Positions 50,801 to 62,800 of a stretch of 64,000 bases of DNA are shown in pieces. A program made the position numbers and the translations under genes. The first letter of the stretch is position 1; each line of letters opens with the position of its first letter. The stretch covers positions 19,114,871 to 19,178,870 of the forward strand of contig NC_092676.1 of NCBI RefSeq assembly GCF_964355755.1, written 5' to 3'. The stretch comes from Antedon mediterranea. Lineage: Eukaryota > Animalia > Echinodermata. Below the pieces are notes generated by a model. The model saw only the letters and a list, made by a program, of their open reading frames with translations, made no database searches and was not told the DNA's origin.

Positions 50801-53800
50801 ACCATGGAGTGCGTTTACCGGTTTGCCTTAAAGAGCTAATACTATCGCTACCTGTGCGTACCTTCCCCAATTTGCTCCACAATATGTGTTGAGAATTTTG
50901 ACGCTTCCTTTAACAGAAAAATTAAAATAATAAGAAAATATTTGATTAGGCCTATATCTGTATATTATAGTTACGTAATACCAAATGGCAGCCAACCATC
51001 TTAGGTAATAGGAACGTGTTCCGCAGTTGTCTGTCCTTCTCGTAGTTTACTGCAATCTTATGTCTTTTATCTTTTGGAAGAAATATTATTAAAGAAAGAG
51101 TCGTAGCTAACAACCCTGCTAGTTAAATACATTTTTCTTAAATACAGAAACCACATTAGCGGCCCTATGTTTCAATTGGTCTAAACAGAACTAAAAAAAC
51201 AGAAACAATAACTAATTCTAATACATTTGAATCATCATCAATATTAGGTCTTATTATTATGTAAACATTACTTACAAAAATATTCAGCAAAATGCTTAAT
51301 TTAATTTACTTCAGGCCGTACTTTCTGTTTATTAAAACGTGGATCAGAAATATTTTCAAACTTCTTGGAATATTTTATTCTATTTTCTAATTCGATCATT
51401 TATCATTCAAAGTTATATATTTTGACAGTCGTACTATTTTAAATTAGCTCAACTTCATTAACCTTCCAAGCTCAAAGGTATTGTTTAATTTCCTTCTGTA
51501 TGATTGCTAAAAAAATTATTATCTTTCTCATAATTTATGAGATATCCTTAAGATGGCGTGCGTCGTATACTGATGAGTTGAGATTGAAGTGATTGTCATG
51601 CCCGTCATTGCGCCATAATACGAAATATATAAATGTACAGGCAAATGCTAATTGTGCCTAAGAAATGTGTGTTCAGCATCATCACTCACTTGATCATTTA
51701 GGTGGCTTAAGGTTTTTAGACACAAAGGGTCAGAGGTCAAGTCTTGATCGGAAAGAATGTTTAACTTTCGTAGATGTTCCCATCTGTACCGTTCACACAT
51801 TGTGATTACAGCTGTCTTGGCAGTCCTCCTAGACTGGTTAAGGTTGGTGATAGTGGTGCGTGAAGGATGTACAATGGTTCACTTGCATCATATTGCTAAA
51901 GCAGAGGAATTCCTAATGGCTTAAAATCCCACCCAATTTCTTCTTTTAATTGTTCCAAAAACAACTGAACTCAATCCGCTGAGAAACGGTTCCGTCAATA
52001 ACTTCATTTTTTCTTGCGATGTGATATCCTTTTTCGATTTTCCAGTTATAAGTTCTTCTTCCATGTGTAGGCCTACCTTCCCAGGCTAAGTAGTAGGCTA
52101 CACCATCCGCAGAAAAGGGTTAAATCTGATTGCAGTTTCGTATGATACCTCGTGTTGATATCATTTATTCGGCTTGTTGATTCTAAACTTCAATTTTCAA
52201 TCCAAATTGTGTCTGATAACAGAAATATTTACTCTTTACTAACTTAAAAGACGATTAAAGAAGAAAAGATGCGATACTTACAGCTTAGGATTATTTTCTG
52301 TTTCTAGCATTGCATTGTTGTATACTGGATGTTCCTTCCATAGCAAATCTTCACGAAGCTGTTGCAATCTAGACCATTGAATGAAAGTGTAAAAAGGATG
52401 TGACTGTCAAATTACGTGATTATTATTCCTAGGTGTTAGAATTTTCAACTGTACCTAAGGTACTGAATTAAAATAGACCCACGGTTTATCGGTACTGTAT
52501 CTAGATTTCTTCAGTATCACAGTACAATTTTTTAATACAGCACAATTGACATAAATATAATACTATGGAAAGTTTGGTCATTTAAATTTGAAATTCTGTA
52601 AGGACACCAGATTCTACCTACAAGCATCTTTTTGGTTTATCGAATAATAGCCTAAATTTCAATTTAAAACTATTATTTCTTATACTTAGACCCTAGGCAC
52701 AATAAGATAAAAATTCATGCATCTTCTTGTCTTCACAAGGTAGAATAGCTTGAATACAGTCTTGGAGATCTTACTAACTAGTAATAACCACTTAAATGTA
52801 ATTCAATGACATTTGAGTTCAATTTAGTTCAAAAACGGCTAAAGCCTTTTGAATAAAATGTGCAGATAAAGCCGAATGTATTTATCAAATTACAACACGT
52901 GACTTAGAAGGCAAAATATTAAGACTTTTTTCAAACCTGTGTGATTATATTACCTAGTAAATGTAACTTACGATTTATGTTCTTCGTTTTTAATTTCGTT
53001 CAGTAAATCGAGAATGTCTTCTTTAACACCGTTTCTGAAACAATTGTGGACAGAAATGTTGTAAAATATAGGTCTATTAAGCTGGTAATGCTACATACGA
53101 TATTGCCAGTCTTAAAACAAAGACTAAGTGAAACAATGATAATAATAGTACAGGGTATATAATATTTAATTACTGTTACTGGAAACTGCTAATAAACAAA
53201 GCTAGTGGGGAATATTCGTTCTAAAACTTCAGTGAATTTGCTGTTTGATGCTATTCATTTTTATTTGTTAAAATTGTTAACAATAATAAAGATAAATAAA
53301 GAACAAGGTAACAAGCAATTGGACTACTCGTGAAAGGGAGTAAATATCATATAAAACTACAATAAAATTAAGCAGTATGGTCGACGTTTGTCGAACGATA
53401 TTGTCAATTAGTTTTACATTTATCCGAATGATAGATGGAACTAAGACAAGACAGCACATTGATGGGTTCTGTCAGTGATCAAGGGATTATTTTGTCCAGT
53501 GTCCACCTTAACCAGAGGAAAGGCATGAGCCAATATTTCTGAGAAAAATACTAGATGCAGGGGCTACCATAATTGCCTGATGGGACACCTTGCTCCATTA
53601 CAACACCAGATATTCTCAGATTCCAAGATCTAACCGCGCCCAACTTTCCTTAACTTCGATGATCTGTGGAGAACCGGTGTTTCAACAAGGTAAGGTAATT
53701 AATTAAACACTAAAATCAGAACAATTAGTTTGTTTTTAATTTATTATTTAGGACTAAATATATTAGTTCATTAACCCAGTGGTTTGCCCGCCTATAAACT

Positions 53801-56800
53801 TATGATTTGTCTAGACAGCCACTATTGATAGTATCTTACAATTATTTTACATTACATTACACAATTACTTTGTTATTTATGATGTACATATCACTGTTAT
53901 AAGCGGATCAGAATTGTATTAAGTCTAAAAAATGGATCTTACAAGAAACACATAAATTTGATATTGTATGACAACATAAAGGGATTATGATCAATGATAA
54001 CTGTAATTCTTCGATGATATCTTAAAACATTCGAATGTGTTTAGTACGCAGAGAAATGATTTTAATGTTTGTTTTGCTTGTCTGTAAAAATATCAGAGAT
54101 ATAAACAGCAAAAGTGCTATGACTTCACGGATTACTTAAGTAGGCCAAAACAATAATTATAGAAATAACAAGACAGCCGCGCTTTATCAATGTTTACTAG
54201 CCTATAATATATAGCAGTGACTGTGCACAATTGCGCAGGTTCCCGTTTTTAGAATATAATCATTAGGCCTATAATCGCGACCTAAAGTTTTTACCACGCG
54301 CCACTTTATTGAGTAAAAAAAAAATTATTATGCGCATGCTTACAACAAATTACAATTTGCTCAATAGTTACATTATGCGTTGTAAAAACGTCTTTAAAAC
54401 TGGTGCTCTTGAATAAAAACGTCAATATCAATTTGCGTTATTTTAAGTAAAAGTTTTTGTAAAATTGTTCTCTACCAATCCATGTACAGAACATGGGAAT
54501 ACCAATGGCTATAATATACAGTGTTAGTGATGAGAACTGTGATCAGTAATAGTAATTATGTTGTTATTAACTCTTGCAATAATATCTTAAAGATGTATTG
54601 TCCCTTTGACTAATTCCAAAAAAATCAAAAATGTTATATTTCGAAAAAAAGTGGGTCATTTTAAAGTATCATAACAGTTATTAACTTTCACCTAAAATTA
54701 GTCGAAAAAAAAATCATTTAACTGAAATACAGACGTTTTTTTGATCAAAAAATAACTTTGACTTCCAGTCAAAGTTTTCGATCAAAACATATCTCATAAT
54801 GCAACACGCTTGTTGGCTACTCTGTATGCATAATCATAAAACTTCCTAGCGATCTGTGTGAAAACACCTTCTCAACCGTGACGGGTGCTAAACAATCAAA
54901 ATTAGCATCATGCATAAAATGCATTGTGGTTTGAAATCTTTGTTTACTTTTGCTAGCGACGATTTTCCAGAAGAAATGTAATCTATTTAATTTACCTGTT
55001 AATTACGTAAACTTATTGTTTTTGGCTCAAATTTTCGACTTAAAGTGAATTTTTAATATTACTTTGATATGGCCAATTTAAATTTAGAATATTTTGACCT
55101 TCATTTTTTGTGTTTCAAGGGACAATACATCTTTAAAGAAATACTAGAATAAAAAATGAAACGGTTTTTGTGTGATTTATATTATTTGTAAGCTATGTGG
55201 TAACGTGGCTCAAACATTTATACTAATAACTATTTTGGCTTTGACCACTTTGACTTTTAATAATGACGTCATACTTTCTAAATATCTCATTACTGTTAAT
55301 TGTTTGATACAAATTGTGAGTTGTGTATAGTAACAATTAGAAATGGTCGACCTTTTTAAAGGTCAACGTGAATAATTATTATGGAACATTAAAATGGCAT
55401 ATTAAACAAAGAATTTAACATTATTTTTCCAGGGGGACAATATATCTTTAATAAAGTAATAAGTATCAATATGATATTGTTTTATTTATAGTTATTTTGT
55501 AATTTAAGCTTGGGGTTAGGGTTAATTTTTAAATTAAAAAATAAAAATTGGAAAAAAAAAGTTTCTAGCCCACTGGACTCGAACAATCTAATAACGGTAG
55601 GATGCCTGCATCAAGTACAGAATTTGAGTCTCGTGAAAGACAATCTATTAAAAAAATGAGAAGGAACCGATTGATCAACTAATTAGAGATAGTAAGGTGT
55701 GAGTCGTTAAACCAATAGGATATGTTACCTTAGTATAGTCTTAACAGCAGCCTACGCACTCGGAACAAACTGCTCATAATAGTTATCCGTCAAATGGTGC
55801 TATTAATCTACTATATAGTTTTGTCGGATTAAACACACGTTTGTTTTACTCTTAATGGTGCGTCTATAAATTTGATTCAATAAATCGACATTTAGTAATT
55901 CTGTACTAGTAAATAATACCGTTTTTCCTAAATTACAAACGTCATTGTCGATAAATCTAAGTTACTGGTCAAACCTCAAAGGGGTAAGATTTATCAAACA
56001 TGATTAGCAAAGAAATCATCTTATCCACATACATCACTGAATCCTAAATAATATTATTTTTCAAATTTCATTGATTTTTTTCAATCGGTTTATTTTTTTT
56101 ACTTTTTTTTTTTCTTTGTGATTAAATTTTGGCGATTTAGGCCTATAATGTATTTATCACAAACTCTATACATAGGCCTAGAAAAGAAAAGAGAAATAAA
56201 TGTTTCTAAAATAAAAATGATCTTCCTTATTTTTGTCAAATTTTTTTTTTCTAATTTAAAGATAATTTTTTTCTAATATAATATATATCTTAATTGTCCC
56301 CCAACAAATAATTCTTACAAAATGTTTTGTTGAATATGCCATTTTAATGTTACATGATAGTTATTCACTTTGACCAAAATTGGATAAAAAAAAACTATTT
56401 ACCTAAAAAATATATTTTAAATAATAAAATACTCGAATTGGCTGCCAGCCAATGTGGTTTTTGGTTGAAAGTGAATAACTTTATTAAAACTAAATAACCT
56501 ATTCAAAGTCTGATTCAATTAATCTTTATTTGTTATGTTTTTTGGAGACAATACATCTCTAAATGAATATTCTATGAGATAAAAGGAACTGGTTTAATAA
56601 ACAATCAGACATCAGGTTTTCAGTTCTTAACTCTCTCGGCATAGTAACAATAAGTCCAACTCATAATTGCTGTTGCTTTTCTCGCATATCTCGCGAGTGT
56701 AAAAACGCGTCTAAACGGTGAAATCACTGTAATTGACTATATCCAGTCATCCAGTTGTGTTTCAACCCGAAATATAAAAAGTATTGATAAATACACTTAT

Positions 56801-59800
56801 ATTGAATGTATTTAATAAGTAATATAATCAATTAATTATATCTACCTGTAGGTATGGATAAAACATTGTTTATACTTTCCTACTACATTTGTTTAATCGT
56901 TAGGCCTATACAAAACGATATAATTAAAAAAAAGAGATGCATTTAGACCTACTGTTATTTCGTCATCAATTATCTATTACAGTAGGTCTAACCAAGGCAA
57001 TCTAACAACATGACACTGAGCTCGCCTTGCCTAGATAGAAACTCGAACAGTCTTCTGATCTTATGTCTGGCTGCGACTATACGAACACGTGGAGACGTAT
57101 GTTAAGGGAATGATCGTGTCGCAGCCACAGATAAGCCCTTCGATCTCCGGCGCTCAGCTTGCTTTGGTCTAACTTAGTCTACGTGTTTTAGTGTGTGAAA
57201 CAAGTAACGAGGAAGGTTGCACTATTAACAGGGTAGAATTTTTACAACTCAATTCAATTCAATTTTAACCTATCGGTGTAACACATTGACATAGAAACAA
57301 GTAGGCCTACATGAGTTACAATAAATAGTTTTAGCCATTTCCGTTATACATCGGACTATATATTTCCTGTGGGAAAACACCGTCCGATCAACTCGTCAAT
57401 AAAATATAAACTATGGTCAATTTTTTGGCAGGTCATTTACGACAGTGTATCCGCCTTTGACAATATGATTTCCCTTGGTGAAACATCTGTCAATTATTGA
57501 TATCGATAGTGCACATGCGCAAGTATGATTAAGAAAGCGCCCTCTATTTTACGAACTCTTTCTACTTGTTGAGACTTCGAGTAAAAAACTGCCTAATAAT
57601 TGAAATGTAGAAATATTATACTAGTTGAAATTAATATGACCATATCATAACATTTTTTACAGTTTTGTCGATGAATCTGACCTCAATGTTATAAACAGAC
57701 GATAACGTCACTTATGTTTAGTTTTTGGTACTTCACTGCGCATGAATGGGGGTTTACCATCTTTTCTTCTGCTTAATTCGATTCTGTATACTATCGGGCG
57801 GTAAATGATGGTTGGAGTTTATGAGCAGACAAAGGCCTAATTTTCTTCTTCGTCCAGTTTAGTTGTTGGTACTTCCCCTGCGTATCAAGTCTTAAGCGGA
57901 TCAAATAGTGCAGACAAACATATTTTTCTGCTGTTTACTTTGTTTAGTTGTTGGCTCGCCCTGCGTATCAGGTGGTAAATGGTGCTTTATGCGGAAAAAA
58001 TATCATTTTTTTTTTCTATTTTAGTTTCGTATTTCTCCTGCGGTAATCAGGCGGTAAATAGTGGTTAGTGGTTTTGAGCAGGCAATATTCTTTCTTTCCT
58101 TGGGTTTAGTTTTTTGTACTTCCCCCTGGCGCTAAATGGTGCTTTATGAGCAGACATCATGATTTTTCTGTTCCTCACCTAGGTTTATTGTCTATTCTAA
58201 ATAATTTACGTACATCCATATACTTGTCACGTTTGTTTATATCATCTCTTAATGTAAGTAAACTCAGAATGCTGTGTCATCGCCCAAGATGCATTGATTA
58301 TCAATCGTTATATTAAATTGATGTGTCGTATGTTGTAAGAAATAATCTTATTAGCTGGATTATCCTGCCATACTTTGTAAATGTGTTCTAATCGGCTGCT
58401 TTGAGTGATCGTTTTCGTGTCACTCACCATGATAAATTTACGAACCATACAATTAAACATTTATCAATACAAGTATGTTGAACGTGAACGAAGTTGGGAA
58501 GGATGTGCGTATAATAAATCCGATATTTTACTTAGAAGGTTACATTTCAGTTAAGTATCAAGTCCTTTGAATTTATATTTTGTGTTTTTATACTTTGATT
58601 TTTATTTCGGTGGGATGGCCTAGTGGTACGAATCTTATTATTAAGTTGGATTAAAAACTACAATGTAATACTGCCCATATAAAACACGATAGGGCCATAG
58701 GCCTACATACCTATTATAGAACCATCCATCTAGTTCGTGCCCACAGATGGTTCTCGAATACACAGTAATTTCAGCGTAACAAAACTGGCGATTTCAAATG
58801 TACGTACCGCAGGACTATAATACATTGTCGTTTACAGAAACGAATAAATAGACACGATGATTTATGTAGTCAACTAAAATTAGCAAAGCAAATTAGCAAA
58901 AAGAGCAAAGGTACAAAGAGGAACAATTTTTAAATATATTCTTTATCCACTCAGTAACGAAATATTTTTTCCATGTTTTATAGGCCTATAAATAATATAC
59001 CTCTAAATACAGTAAAACATTTGCGATTTAATACTTTGTTTATTTTATTTATTTATTTATTTATTTTTTTTTTTTTTTATATTCATTGTACACTAATTTT
59101 CCCCGTGTATGGCAAGAGATTCCTAATTATATTAGAGAACATTCTTTATTTAGTTTAGTTAAAACTGTTACTGTCATAATCGATTGAAATATTAAAGTAC
59201 ATGTCACGATACACCACTACGACGTTTATATTTTTGGTAATTATTAATTAATACAAACGTTGAGAAAGAACTGTCAGTATAAAGTTTATTTGTATATAAT
59301 AATGTGTTTATATATCTAACAGTAGAGCCTATCCACAATCTCAGTAATAAAGTTTATTTGTATATATTTTTATATTACATCTAACAGTACGAACATTCAC
59401 AGTAAGAAATGTTCCATTCAAATGAGGACCAAAAATAGTTAATAGGTATTTACAGTATTGTCAAAGTATTGCAAGTTTATTCTCAAAAGGCCCATATATT
59501 TACCTACCGTATGTGTTAAACCAAGGGCTCATAAATTTACCTACTTGTGTTAAACCAAACTCTGGCAGACTGAGAGATTGGGATGTTCCATTCATCGCAA
59601 ATCAATACATTTGTATAATCGTATATTAAATCTATCAAAATAGTATTTTTTTAAGAAAATCGGCCTGTCTTCAACATTATGATGGTGTACTCTAGCTGTT
59701 CAACCGGTTTTTAAACCGGCTATTAAAAACAATTATCGTAGGAGGAGATAGGAAAATGCGAAGCCTCATCGCATTTTTGTGGCGGGTATTTTTCAAGACG

Positions 59801-62800
59801 GACATCCATTAGACAGTGTATACCACGATCGGAAAACACCCCTGGGGAAAATCGTTGAACGTAAATTCGTTTTAATCGTCAATAACTAATTATCTAACTT
59901 AATTTAATTAGTAAACAGGGTTACATCAGGTGGTTAAAATAAGTATCGAAAGTACGAACCAACTTTATATACAATCGAGTAAAAATTCTAGAAGTAAGGC
60001 GCGATTTACCGAATTTTGCCCTTACGTAAATTTATATATAGAAGCAATCATTTATCAAAATGACAATGATATAATAAAACAATAATAAGAATATTAATCA
60101 TTAAAAAAAATAATAAATATTCGACGCGTATATCTATTTGAAATTCTCGAGGGCATTTATTTATTTTTTATTAGTACCATATTTCATCATCGAGGCCTAC
60201 GTACACGTATCGTATGTCATTACACTTGATGCGATGAAAACAATTTTTATTAACGTTCGTAATTGCGGTACTAATAAAATGTATCGAATATAATAACATC
60301 TTAATAGATTTACTGCTATTGTAATTATTAATATATCTATACTAATAATTATGTTTATTGTATGATGTATGGCAGTGTCTTTTTTTTCTATCCACGTTTC
60401 ACAATCGACATAACACGTGTTATTCATTTCGTCTGTTTTTTGCGTTTAAGTGATCACTGTCTTCATCATAATTATTTCATACGACAAAATGTTGAACACC
60501 ATTATTATATATATCAGTAAATGTAATACCGTATAAAGTGTTTTTTTTAATGACTTTATGTTTGTGATATGCTTGTAGGCAGTGTCGGGCAAATGTTGAC
60601 AAATCCAATCATAAAACTTGAATTGACGTAGCGCAAGGACGTAAGAAGCGCAGAGTAACGCTTAGTTTCCACTAGAGATGCACGCAAAAGACGTAAACGC
60701 AACGTAAGTGATTAGACCAATCACAAGCGATGTATTTTTCAAACTGTCTCTTGCCAATGGTCAAAACGCTTGCGTTACATCTACGTCGTTGCGGAACCAA
60801 GCTGAAATAATTTGACAAATCATGACGTGATTATCCGAACCGTGATTGGTCAACTCACTTTCGTTGCGCCTACACCGTTAGCTTGGTTCCCACTTGGACG
60901 CAATGCAAGGACGTACGTAAACTCAAAACAATGAGTTGACCAATTACAAGCGGCAGTTCCATCGCGTTGTCTCTTGAGTTGCATCCAAGTGTGAGCCAAG
61001 CTTACGTTATCGCGTTGCGGGTATCGTTATGACGCAAGTATCGCACTTGTTAACGTGTTTTCTAGGTATCATAGTAATCTTTCAGTTATCCTAAAACCTT
61101 TAATCAATTCGAATTACCTCTAGAATTTATAAGCGATATACTGTCGATCATTGAGATTTAAAGTACCTATAGTGCTGGTTCTTCACGTCATTTTAAGTGG
61201 ATCTAATTAATCGTTAGATCACTACACAATCTTCATCCATGTAAATTACGCTGGTGTCGAGAAATAAGACAAAAGAGAACATCACTATGCAACGTTTCCA
61301 AGCCCGTATGAAGATTCTAGGTGGCTAGCTGCCACTCGGCAGATCCGGAGTATAATTGCCTTAATGGATGTACAATTACCCAACTCATTTGCTACAGCTA
61401 TGCTTACTATGCTAGTTTGATTACGGGTTAGTGTTCTAATTGCTTTAACAACAGGAATCTATTTATTATACGTTTAAACAGGACGGACCACTCTTGGAAT
61501 AGCCATTAATTTACTTGTATATACAAAGTAATGACAGCTTACTGATCAGAATAATGTATACATTAGTGAAGTGTTGCAACATCCTTAATTGTGAGAAGGG
61601 CTGGTTACAGGCAGGTTATCTCTTTAAAAATAATCGTTACCAAAATTATCTTGATTGTAAAGTCCCCGTATGTAGCACTAAAGCATAAAGCTTGAACCTC
61701 ATTTTGACGCAACGCAAGGACGACGTAAACGCACTATTGACCAATCACGACACTGATGGATTAATGCGCGCACCCGAACTGTCAGTTGTGATTGGTCAAC
61801 TCACTTGCGTTGCGCTTACGTCGATGATTTGCATCCAATTAGGAACCCAGCCTATACTGATGATGAATGATGATATATTGATTGAACTTGATATTTTGTC
61901 ATGTCAAAATATTAATTTCGAATTATTGAACACCTCACGATTCTGTGAATAAACAAACATGACCTGGATTCAATTCTTCGAGTTTCAAATCATCTGTTAA
62001 ACAATTATTGATTGTAGAAACATGATGTATAACTTATTTCAATTTCAAGACAATCGTAAAAGTATCTTTGCCATGAATTTTATTTTCCATTAAATTTTAA
62101 AATCATAAAGTGTTATTCGAAAATTGAAAGCATTTATTAAATTGTCTTGTGATCGTTATATAACAGCTTTTGTGAAGGCATTAAACAGTGAGTTCACTAT
62201 TAACTGGTAATGTTGAACACTAAAAACTGTTAAGCCTGCTCTTCTCTGTCAAATTAGGTTGAGGTCTGGTTGGTTTCAAAGTTCTTATTGTCACAAAAAG
62301 TAGCGTTATTTGCTGAAAGTTTATTGTAAAAAAAAAAAAATATAACAGTAGAATATTAAAGTCCGTTAGGGCTGAAACAAGGGTGTTCAGTTTTTTCAAA
62401 AACACCAAATTTGGTATATAGGTTTTTTTCTACTCTCTACCAATTTAATTTTTGAAGGGCGCCAAGCAAAACGACCTAATTGGCATAATTTAAAAGGCGT
62501 ACTTTTTAACTTAAATACTCTGTATCTTTTTAAACTACTGGTCATGGAAAGTTTATGATAACAACAAAAGGCATTCCTATTTACTTATTCTTGAATAATT
62601 AAAACGGACTGGAAGTACCATTTTTAAGACATTGTCATATCTCAGGAAAGAGTTTATTTTGGTGTCAAATTATTCAGAATATATAATAGTTACTTTTGTA
62701 AATGAAACACTTTCTTGAAGCGTGTCAATATTTATTGATAATACTTTTCAAACATGTAATTGGCCCACTATGACTAGAACCTAGATAGCTTTAAACAGTG

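Noticed and set aside
50406-50907. Apparent in-frame TG|A stop if peptide exon 1 is spliced straight to peptide exon 2, suggesting mutually exclusive exons or a pseudogene
   Set aside because: A well-formed 54-bp phase-2 exon at 50459-50406 (WFMEAEQLEYPYLPSHKT) restores the frame.
51915-52065. Short minus-strand open frames (MEEELITGKSKK...KRRNWVGF*) within an intron of the PTH-like gene
   Set aside because: No compatible phase-2 splice sites, signal peptide or recognisable domain.
52197-52213. Alternative acceptor giving an early LHNLD* end after exon 52368-52282
   Set aside because: It would yield a secreted protein with no peptide, whereas splicing to 50907 gives a canonical LKR cleavage site. 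It cannot be excluded as a minor isoform.
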